NCBI GenBank assembly: GCA_944391085.1
Contig: CALXSE010000008.1
Location: 2,437-66,436 of the forward strand
Source of the DNA: an uncultured Kiritimatiellota bacterium
Lineage (GTDB): Bacteria > Verrucomicrobiota > Kiritimatiellia > RFP12 > DVOR01
DNA: 64,000 bases
Direction: 5' to 3'
Below are positions 45,766-53,715 of this stretch, one piece after another. Within the stretch, counting starts at the first letter, position 1, and the number at the start of each line of letters is the position of its first letter. A program made the translations under genes and the position numbers. The notes below the pieces were generated by a model. It had not been told where the DNA came from, ran no database searches, and saw nothing but the letters and a program-made list of their open reading frames with translations.

Positions 45766-48700
45766 ATGCGAATGCTTGGGAAGCGGTTTTTCGACGTGAA
45801 GGACTGGCTGGCCTTTTGGTTGGCCGGCGGGGTGGCGTTCGCGGTCTATGCGTTGTCATTGGGCCCCTCGGTGGGGTTGGAGGACGCGGGGGAGCTGGCG
45901 ACGGCGGCTGACGGGCTGGGCGTCCCGCACCCGCCGGGGTATCCGCTGTGGACGCTTGGCGCATGGGTCTTCTGCCGCCTTTTCGGGTGGGTGACGTGGC
46001 AGGGGTGGCCCAATCCGGCATGGGCCGTGGCGCTTTTCTCGGCGGTGGCGGGGGCGTTGGCCACGGGGGTGACGGCGTTGCTCATCGTGCGCTCGGGCCG
46101 GGATCTGCTGGCGGCGGCGACGGGGCGCGTGGACGATGTTGGGGTGGACGCGGCGGCATGGGTGGGCGGCGTGGCGGGGGCGCTGGCCTTCGCCTTTTCG
46201 CCGGTGATGTGGTCTCAGGCGGTGATCGTGGAGGTCTATGCGCTCGGGGCGCTCTTCCTGGCGCTGACGCTGCTGTTGCTTTACAGGTGGATGCGGTGGC
46301 CAAGGACGTCGACGCTGGTGTGGCTGGGGCTGGTCTTCGGGCTGGGGCTGACGAACTATCAGGTGCTGCTGCTGGCGGCGCTGCCGATTGCCCTGCTGAT
46401 CTTCCTGAGGCGGTGGCGGCTGGGGCTCTCCTTCGTGGCGGTGCTGGTGCCGTTGGGACTGACGGCGTATCTGCTGACGTTGGGCGCGCTGCCCTCCGCA
46501 GACCTTTATTCGACGCCGGGCGACCCGGTCATCCTCCGTCCCGCGGCGGCGCTCGGCGACCTGCCCGCGGCCCTTGCGCCGGGCTGGTTCTACGTGGCGC
46601 TGGGCGCATGCCTGGCGGCGGGGGTCGCGCTGCTTGCCTTCCGGCGGACGTGGCGATGGGCGGCGTTGCCGCTCGTCGGGGCGGTGGGATTGCTGATTTG
46701 GTCCGGGGCAAACGTGGAGCGCGCGTTGCCGGAAGGTTTCGCGGGGACGCTCTATGATTTCCGGACGGCGTGGGCGATCCACGCGGCGGGGCTGGCGGCG
46801 CTCTGGGCGGTCTGCTGGCGGTTCCGGCGCTCGCGGCGCTTCGCGGCGGCGGTGACGGCGGTGCAGGTGGCGGGGCTGGCGTTGGTGCAGCAGGGGCTGC
46901 TGTTGGGCCTGACCGACCCGAACCTGTGGTGGTTCTGGTGGCCGGTGGGGTGGAACGCCGTGGTGCTGGCGCTGGCATGGCGGCTGCTGTTGCGGGGGCG
47001 GTGCGTGGCGCTGACGGCGCTGGCGGCGGAGGTCGGCGTCTCGGTCTACGCGTATATGCCCATCGCCTCGGAGGGGAACCCGGCGATGAACTGGGGGTAT
47101 GCGCGGACGTGGGAGGGTTTCAAGCACGCCATTTCGCGCGGGCAGTATGAGGCGCTCGCGCCGAGCGACTTCCTCTCCGTGCGTTATCTGCGGCAGCTGG
47201 GCGATTATCTCGGCGACCTGCGGATGCAGTTCTCCGCGCCCGTGGCGGCGCTGGGCGCGCTCGGGACGGCGGCGCTGGCGTGGCGCGTGGGGCGCCGCAA
47301 AGGCTGGCGCGGCCTGGCGTGGCTGGGCTGCACGGTGTTCTTCTTTTTGGTGATGTCCGCGCTCCTGGTGGCGCTGGCGAACCCTTCCGGGGACATCCAG
47401 GACGGCTTCGTGCAGAAGGTGAAGTTCATCTCCTCGCATGGCATCTTCGCGATTTGGGTGGGGTACGGCCTGGCGGCCCTGCTCGCCCTGCTGCGGCGGT
47501 GGCGCCGGGCCTGGCGCGTGGGGCTCCTGGCCGCGCTCGCCACGGCGGCCGCGCCGATCTGGGAGAACTTTGCGAACGACGAGCTGGTGCGGCGCATGGG
47601 CGCGGCCGAGCAGACGGGGCATGACTTCGGGTGGCAGTTCGGCGCGTACATGATCGGCGGCGCGCCGGCCCTCCGCTCGGCGCTCTCGCCCGACGAGGAG
47701 CCGCCGCCCGACCCGTTCTGGCCGCCGCCGATGGCGCAGGGGGCCATCTTCTTCGGCGGCACCGACCCGGGGCGCTTCGTGCCGACCTACCTGGTGCACG
47801 CCGTGGGGATGCGCCCGGATCTCCATGTGCTCACGCAAAACGCCCTGGCCGACCCCACCTACATGAACGGCGTGCGCGACCTGCACGGCGCCTCCATCTG
47901 GGTGCCCACGGCCGACGGCGTGACGGACGCCTTCGCGGATTACGTCGACGCCGTCCAGCGCGGCGAGCGGAAGACGGCCGGCACGGTGACGGAGGTCAAC
48001 GGCAAACTCCAGCTCTCCGGCGCGCAGGCCGTGATGGACGTGAATGCCGAGCTCGCCCGCGACATCTTCGAGCGCAACCCGAACGCCTGTTACGTCGAGG
48101 AAAGCTATCCCGTGCCGTGGATGGACGCCTTCCTGGAGCCCGCCGGGCTGGCCATGCGCCTGCGCCGCGAGGGGCGCGACCTCTGGGCCGTGGCCGACCG
48201 GGACGCGGATTTCTGGGATTGGATGACGCGCCGCCTGGCCCTGCGGACAGCCTACCGGAGGGACTTCGCGGCGCAGAAGAGCTTCTCCAAGCTGCGCTCG
48301 GCGATCGCCGGCGTCTACGCCAGGAACGGCCTCGAGGCGCCCGCCGAACGGGCGTACCAGGACGCGCTCACGCTCTACCCCATCTCCCCGGAGGTCGTCT
48401 TCTCCACCGTGCGCGAGCTGCTCATCCCCGCGCGCCGTTTCGACGAGGCGCTCCGCCTGGTGCGGGGCTATCGCCGCGCAGACCCGAAAAACGCGCGCGC
48501 GGCCTACCTCGAGGGGCGCCTCGCCGCATTGGCGGAGGCCCACGCGGATTTCGACGCGCTCACGGCCAAGGTGCGCGGCAAGCGCGCGACGACCGCCGAC
48601 GTCTGCGCCCTCGCCGAGGTCTGCGAGGCGCTGGGGTTCAACGCCCAGGCCGCGGACTACTGGGAGCAGGTCGTCCACGCGGACGACCTCACCGCGGGCG

Positions 48701-49089
48701 GCGCGCTCAAAGGGTGCCTGGCCCTTCAGCGGCTGGGGCGGGGCGAGGCCGCGTTGGCCCTGCTCCGCCGCATCCCCGAGGCCGCCTGGCCGAACCTCTC
48801 GCCCGAGGAGATGGTCGCGTGCGGCGGCCTGGCGCAGGCGCGGGGGGACGACGCGCTGGCCTTCCGCCTCTTCCAGGCCGCGCTCAGGCGCGCGCCGGAA
48901 TCCGGGAGCGTCTGGCTGGGCATCGCGCTTTATTATTACGGCAGGGGCGAGGGCGCGCGCGCCTACGAGGCCATGCGCGCGGCCGTGCGCCATGGGGCCT
49001 CGCCCCTCATCGAGGCCGACCCCGCCGTGGCGAAAATCTTTCTCTACCTGGCCGAGCGGTATGGGCCGCGGAAAGGAATGCTGCAATGA
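45766..49089 (+). CDS. DUF2723/TMEM260-like polytopic GT-C-type glycosyltransferase with C-terminal TPR region
   Basis: FDVKDWLAFWLAGGVAFAVYALSLGPSVGLEDAGELATAA..LGVPHPPGYPLW is the DUF2723 signature. More than 12 TM helices, TPR-like helical C-terminus. In-frame ATGs at 45754 and 45757 lie inside the -10 box. Confidence 0.75.
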   Translation: MRMLGKRFFDVKDWLAFWLAGGVAFAVYALSLGPSVGLEDAGELATAADGLGVPHPPGYPLWTLGAWVFCRLFGWVTWQGWPNPAWAVALFSAVAGALATGVTALLIVRSGRDLLAAATGRVDDVGVDAAAWVGGVAGALAFAFSPVMWSQAVIVEVYALGALFLALTLLLLYRWMRWPRTSTLVWLGLVFGLGLTNYQVLLLAALPIALLIFLRRWRLGLSFVAVLVPLGLTAYLLTLGALPSADLYSTPGDPVILRPAAALGDLPAALAPGWFYVALGACLAAGVALLAFRRTWRWAALPLVGAVGLLIWSGANVERALPEGFAGTLYDFRTAWAIHAAGLAALWAVCWRFRRSRRFAAAVTAVQVAGLALVQQGLLLGLTDPNLWWFWWPVGWNAVVLALAWRLLLRGRCVALTALAAEVGVSVYAYMPIASEGNPAMNWGYARTWEGFKHAISRGQYEALAPSDFLSVRYLRQLGDYLGDLRMQFSAPVAALGALGTAALAWRVGRRKGWRGLAWLGCTVFFFLVMSALLVALANPSGDIQDGFVQKVKFISSHGIFAIWVGYGLAALLALLRRWRRAWRVGLLAALATAAAPIWENFANDELVRRMGAAEQTGHDFGWQFGAYMIGGAPALRSALSPDEEPPPDPFWPPPMAQGAIFFGGTDPGRFVPTYLVHAVGMRPDLHVLTQNALADPTYMNGVRDLHGASIWVPTADGVTDAFADYVDAVQRGERKTAGTVTEVNGKLQLSGAQAVMDVNAELARDIFERNPNACYVEESYPVPWMDAFLEPAGLAMRLRREGRDLWAVADRDADFWDWMTRRLALRTAYRRDFAAQKSFSKLRSAIAGVYARNGLEAPAERAYQDALTLYPISPEVVFSTVRELLIPARRFDEALRLVRGYRRADPKNARAAYLEGRLAALAEAHADFDALTAKVRGKRATTADVCALAEVCEALGFNAQAADYWEQVVHADDLTAGGALKGCLALQRLGRGEAALALLRRIPEAAWPNLSPEEMVACGGLAQARGDDALAFRLFQAALRRAPESGSVWLGIALYYYGRGEGARAYEAMRAAVRHGASPLIEADPAVAKIFLYLAERYGPRKGMLQ

Positions 49090-50096
49090 TCCGCGTCGTC
49101 TTCATGGGCTCGGCCGACCTCTCGGCCACGATGTTGGAGCGCCTCGCGCGCGAGCCCGGCGTGCAGGTCGTCGGGTGCGTCACCCAGCCGGACAAGCCCG
49201 CCGGGCGGGGCAAGCGCCTCATCCCGTGCGCCTGCAAGGCCTTCGTCGACGCCGTGGGCATCCCCTGCCTGACCCCGGAGCGCGTAAACACCCCCGAGAG
49301 CCTCGCGCAGATCGCCGCCTGGCTGCCGGACGCCATCGTCGTGGTGGCCTACGGCCAATTCCTCAGCCGCCGCCTGCTCGACATCCCCACCCTCGGCTGC
49401 ATCAACATCCACCTCTCCCTCCTCCCGCGCCACCGCGGCGCCTCGCCCATCCACGCCGCGCTCCTCCATGGCGACCCCGTCACCGGCGCCACCGCCATGC
49501 TCATGGACGAGGGCATGGATTCGGGCCCCATCCTCGACCAGGTCACCACCCCCATCCGGGACGACGACACCCTCGAGACCCTCCACGACCGCCTGGCCGA
49601 CCTCGGGGCCGAGCTCCTTGTCCGCGTCCTGCCCCTCTGGGCCTACTTCAAGCTCCGCGCCGTGCCGCAAGACCCCGCGCAGGTGACGATGGCCTACAAA
49701 ATCCGGAAGTCCGACGGCCTCCTGCACTGGGAAGACCCCACGGCCCTCAGCCTGCGCAAGATCCGCGCCTATACCCCGTGGCCCTCGTGCTTCACCTACA
49801 TGCCCCAGGGCACGCGCGAGGCCGGGCGGATGCTCAAGGTGCTCGCCGCCGCCGCCGAGCCCGCGACCGTGGAGCAGGAGCGCCTGGAGCCCGGCGTCAT
49901 CCTCTCCGTGGGCAAAGCCGGCGTCGTCGTCCGCACCGGGGACGGCGCGCTGCGCCTGCTGCGCGTCCAGCCCGAGGGCGGCAAGCCCATGGACGTGGCC
50001 GCCTGGCTCTGCGGGCGCACCCTCTCGCCGGGGGAACGCTTCCACACGCCCCCCGCCCCCGCAGCCAAACCCATCGTCGCCTTCAGCAGAGACTGA
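49086..50096 (+). CDS. fmt: methionyl-tRNA formyltransferase
   Basis: MIRVVFMGSADLS...QPDKPAGRGK...NIHLSLLPRHRGASPI. ATGA overlap with the upstream gene. Confidence 0.92.
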   Translation: MIRVVFMGSADLSATMLERLAREPGVQVVGCVTQPDKPAGRGKRLIPCACKAFVDAVGIPCLTPERVNTPESLAQIAAWLPDAIVVVAYGQFLSRRLLDIPTLGCINIHLSLLPRHRGASPIHAALLHGDPVTGATAMLMDEGMDSGPILDQVTTPIRDDDTLETLHDRLADLGAELLVRVLPLWAYFKLRAVPQDPAQVTMAYKIRKSDGLLHWEDPTALSLRKIRAYTPWPSCFTYMPQGTREAGRMLKVLAAAAEPATVEQERLEPGVILSVGKAGVVVRTGDGALRLLRVQPEGGKPMDVAAWLCGRTLSPGERFHTPPAPAAKPIVAFSRD

Positions 50097-50120
50097 GCCA
50101 CGCACGCAGGAGAGACCGCC

Positions 50121-51797
50121 ATGAGCGAACACGCCCGCAAGACCCTCGTCATCGGCCACCGCAACCCGGACACCGATTCCATCGTCTCGGCCATCGCCTA
50201 TGCCGAGCTCAAGCGCCAGCAGGGCTGGAGCCGCGTCCTCCCCGCCCGCGCCGGCCGCCTCACCCCGCAGACCGAATACATCCTCAAGCGCTTCGGCGTC
50301 GAGGCCCCCGAGTTCATCCCGGACCTGCTCCCCAAGGTCGAGCACTGCATGCAGGAGGGCTCCCCCATCACCGTCTCGGCGGACACCGCGCTCTGGGACG
50401 CGCTCGAGCTGATGGACAAGAACCGCCTCCCGGCCGTCCCCGTCGTCGGCCGCGACGGCCGCTACCGCGCCTTCCTCACCCACAACACCTTCACCGAGAA
50501 CATCGTCCACAAGACCGACCCCCACCGCAAAGCCATCATCCCCACCAGCATCGCCCTCCTCTCGCGCACCCTCCGCGCCCAGCCCCTGCTCACCTTCGAC
50601 GCCGATGCCGTCGTCAAATCCCGCATCCTCGTCGCCGGCTCCACCGCCGCGGCCTTCGAGCAGGTCCTCAAAACCGAGCTCCCCACCAACGCCATCGCCC
50701 TCGTCGAGAACCGCGACTCCATCCTCGAGCTCTGCATCAACCACAAGGTCCGCGCCATCGTCCTTACCTCCGGCCTCCCCCTCTCCAAGGCCTTCTTCAA
50801 CCGCGCCCGCGAGGCCAACATCTCCGTCCTCATCTCCCCCTACGACATCGCCTCCACCGTCTTCCTCACCCTCTATTCCATGCCCGTGGGCGCCCTCTCG
50901 ACCGACGACACCAAGCCCGTCCGCGCCGACGACCTCGTCCGCGACGTCCTCCCCGCCGTCCAATCCTCCCCCGCCCGCGCCCTCCCCGTCGTCGGCGAGG
51001 GCGACCGCGTCGTCGGCGTCATCAACGAGCGCGACCTCTACCGCCAGCCCAACGTCGACGTCATCATGGTCGACCACAACGAGCTCTCCCTCGCCGTCGA
51101 GGGCCTCGACCAGTTCCGCGTCATCGAGATCATCGACCACCACAAGCTCGGCAACTTCCCCACCCACGACCCCATCGACTTCATCAACCGCACCGTCGGC
51201 TCCACCGCCACCGTCGTCGCCTGCCTCTACCAGGAGCGCAAGGCCACCCTCACCCCCGCCGTGGCGGGGCTCCTCCTCTCGGCCATCATCACCGACACCC
51301 TCGCCCTCCGCTCCCCGACCGCCACCGACGTCGACCGAGACATGGCCGAGTACCTCGCCGGCCTGCTCAACCTCGAGGTCGACGACCTCGCCCACGACAT
51401 CTTCTCGCACGCCTCCCGCCTCACCGACCTCGACACCGACCGCATCCTCGGCATGGACTCCAAGGAGTACAACGAATGCGGCGTCGCCTTCACCGTCGCC
51501 CAGATCGAGACCGGCACCACCGACGAGCTCACGCCCCGCCTCCACGGCCTCCTCGGCGCCCTCGACGCCAAATGCCAGGCCCGCGGCCACTTCTTCGCCG
51601 CCCTCATGGTCACCGACCTCACCGCGCTCAACTCCACCCTCCTCGTCGCCGGCGACCCCCGCTTCATCGCCAAAATCCCATTCCCCCGCGTCGAGGGCGA
51701 TGCCAACGTCTTCCTCTGCAAAGGCATCATGTCCCGCAAAAAGCAGCTCCTCCCCCTCCTCCTCGAGCAGCTCAACGCCCTCCTCGGCCACCAGTAG
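50121..51797 (+). CDS. CBS-domain family II (DHH) inorganic pyrophosphatase
   Basis: LVIGHRNPDTDSIVSAIAYAELK (DHH), CBS pair, DRTGG-like insert, MVDHNE, IIDHHK, DHHA2 C-terminus. Confidence 0.85.
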   Translation: MSEHARKTLVIGHRNPDTDSIVSAIAYAELKRQQGWSRVLPARAGRLTPQTEYILKRFGVEAPEFIPDLLPKVEHCMQEGSPITVSADTALWDALELMDKNRLPAVPVVGRDGRYRAFLTHNTFTENIVHKTDPHRKAIIPTSIALLSRTLRAQPLLTFDADAVVKSRILVAGSTAAAFEQVLKTELPTNAIALVENRDSILELCINHKVRAIVLTSGLPLSKAFFNRAREANISVLISPYDIASTVFLTLYSMPVGALSTDDTKPVRADDLVRDVLPAVQSSPARALPVVGEGDRVVGVINERDLYRQPNVDVIMVDHNELSLAVEGLDQFRVIEIIDHHKLGNFPTHDPIDFINRTVGSTATVVACLYQERKATLTPAVAGLLLSAIITDTLALRSPTATDVDRDMAEYLAGLLNLEVDDLAHDIFSHASRLTDLDTDRILGMDSKEYNECGVAFTVAQIETGTTDELTPRLHGLLGALDAKCQARGHFFAALMVTDLTALNSTLLVAGDPRFIAKIPFPRVEGDANVFLCKGIMSRKKQLLPLLLEQLNALLGHQ

Positions 51798-51950
51798 CCG
51801 GCCCCCAGGCACGGTGTGCGACCAACCGCACGGCCCCCCTGGAGACGGGGAGCCCGGCGCATGCCGCATCCCTCTCTTCCCTCACTGGGGGTGGGAAAGG
51901 AATCAAAGGGGATGGGAAGGGGCGAGGGGCGGGGCAAAGGCGCAGGGACA

Positions 51951-51985
51951 CAAAAAGCCCCGCGGGTCAAAAGGCCTGCGGGGCT
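51951..51985 (-). terminator. intrinsic terminator downstream of tRNA-Thr
   Basis: Minus strand reads AGCCCCGC...GCGGGGCT followed by TTTTTG. Confidence 0.6.
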
Positions 51986-51992
51986 TGGAAGA

Positions 51993-52069
51993 TGGAGCCA
52001 ACTGACGGAATCGGACCGACGACCTGCGCATTACGAATGCGCTGCTCTACCTAGCTGAGCTAAGTTGGC
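51993..52069 (-). tRNA. tRNA-Thr (anticodon CGT), CCA encoded
   Basis: Manual fold: acceptor GCCAACT/AGTTGGC, D-arm GCTC/GAGC, anticodon stem GCGCA/TGCGC with loop TTCGTAA, variable loop AGGTC. The T-arm GTCGG-TCCGATT-CCGTC is atypical (see findings). Confidence 0.78.
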
Positions 52070-52230
52070 GGAAAACGGCAAGAGTATACCAAAGTCCAAG
52101 CGTTTGGCGCAAGGCCTTTTTTGCGCTTTCCCACACTGGGGCAAGCGCGCCCGGCCGCGACGAGGCGCCCGCCATGCCGGGGCGACGGGCATCGACAGAG
52201 GGTTTCCCGCGAACGGCGGGCAGAGGGGGT

Positions 52231-52259
52231 TTGCATGGGGCGCGGGGAAATGGTAGAGT
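52231..52259 (+). promoter_or_regulatory. sigma70-like promoter for PMM paralog 2 (-35 TTGCAT, 17 nt, extended -10 TGGTAGAGT)
   Basis: TTGCAT (52231-52236), 17 nt, TAGAGT (52254-52259) preceded by TG. Confidence 0.55.
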
Positions 52260-52311
52260 ATTGGCGTTGTGGGACGCCTCAAGCGGCCCTTACCCAAACA
52301 AAGGAATTGCC

Positions 52312-53637
52312 ATGAGCGGAATCTTCAAGGCTTACGACATTCGCGGCATCTATGGGCAGGATCTCACGGAGGCGGTGGCCTACGACATCGGCCGCGCCTA
52401 CGTCACCCACACCCACGCCAAAAAGGTGATTTTGGGGCGCGACTGCCGCCCGCACTCGGTGCCGTTGCAAGAGGCGCTGACGCGCGGCATCACCGAGCTG
52501 GGCGCGGACGTGGTGGACATCGGCCTCTGCTCGACGCCGATGAACTACTACGCGAACGGCTCGCTGGGCGCGGACGGCTCGATCATGATCACGGCCTCGC
52601 ACAACCCCGCGGAATGGAACGGCTTCAAGCTCTGCCGCGCCCAGGCGGTGCCGATCTCAGGCGCCACGGGTATCGCCGACATCGAGCGCATCGTCACGGA
52701 AAAGGCCTTCGACGCGCCCGCGGCGAAGCCCGGCACGGTCACGGCGCACGACATCCTCCCGGCCTACCGCGCGCACATCCGCCCGGTGATGGCCTTCGCC
52801 CGCAAGCCGCGCCTGGCCATCGACTACGCCAACGGCATGGGCATCCTCGAGGCGCAGACCTTCATGGACGCCATCGAGCAGACGGCGCTCTACGGCGACA
52901 TCGACGGTACCTTCCCCAACCATGAGGCCAACCCCCTCCACCACGCCACCCTGGCCAAGCTGCAGGAGACGGTGCGCCAGGGCGGCTACGACTTCGGCGT
53001 GGCCTTTGACGGCGACGCCGACCGCGCCGGCTTCGTCGACGAAAAGGGCGGGATCATCCCCATGGATTTGGTGACGGCCCTCATCGCCCAGGACGTGCTC
53101 AAGCGCGAAAAGGGCGTCATCTTCTACGACCTGCGCTCCAGCCGCGTGGTCAAGGAAACCATCGAGGCCGCCGGCGGCACGCCGATGATGAGCCGCGTGG
53201 GCCACGCCTTCATCAAGGCCCAGATGCGCGAGCACAACGCCATCTTCGCCGGCGAGCTCTCCGGGCACTACTATTTCCGCGACAACTACGTGGCCGAAAG
53301 CTCCTCCATGGCCGCCATCGCGCTGGCGAACATCGTCACCCAGAGCGGCAAGCCGCTCTCCGAGCTCATCGCCCCCCTGCGCAAGTACTGGTGCTCCGGC
53401 GAAATCAACTCCAAGGTCGCGTGCGACCCGCAGGAAATCCTCGCCAAGCTGAAGGCCAAGTACGCCGACGGCCACGTCTTCGAGCTCGACGGCGTGAGCG
53501 TGGAGTATCCCACCTGGTGGTTCAATGTCCGTTGCTCCAACACCGAGCCGCTCGTCCGCCTCAACCTCGAGAGCACCGCCAGCCAGGCCGAGATGGAGGC
53601 CCGCCGCGACGAGGTGCTCGCCCTCATCCGCGCCTGA
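52312..53637 (+). CDS. phosphomannomutase/phosphoglucomutase (paralog 2)
   Basis: MSGIFKAYDIRGIYG, TASHNPAEWNGFK, FDGDADRAGF, GELSGHYYF. SD AAAGGA. Confidence 0.87.
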   Translation: MSGIFKAYDIRGIYGQDLTEAVAYDIGRAYVTHTHAKKVILGRDCRPHSVPLQEALTRGITELGADVVDIGLCSTPMNYYANGSLGADGSIMITASHNPAEWNGFKLCRAQAVPISGATGIADIERIVTEKAFDAPAAKPGTVTAHDILPAYRAHIRPVMAFARKPRLAIDYANGMGILEAQTFMDAIEQTALYGDIDGTFPNHEANPLHHATLAKLQETVRQGGYDFGVAFDGDADRAGFVDEKGGIIPMDLVTALIAQDVLKREKGVIFYDLRSSRVVKETIEAAGGTPMMSRVGHAFIKAQMREHNAIFAGELSGHYYFRDNYVAESSSMAAIALANIVTQSGKPLSELIAPLRKYWCSGEINSKVACDPQEILAKLKAKYADGHVFELDGVSVEYPTWWFNVRCSNTEPLVRLNLESTASQAEMEARRDEVLALIRA

Positions 53638-53715
53638 GGGCGACCGAACGTTCAGCATCGCCCTCCCCCGCCGCGTCGCCCATGCCGGGCGGCGCGGCCG
53701 TTTTTGGGCGGCCCC

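Noticed and set aside
51993-52069. tRNA-Thr as the integration site of a genomic island.
   Set aside because: Both neighbours are ordinary metabolic genes of normal composition (pyrophosphatase and PMM paralog 2). I saw no integrase and no direct repeat of the tRNA 3' end. The AT-richer island lies 29 kb away.
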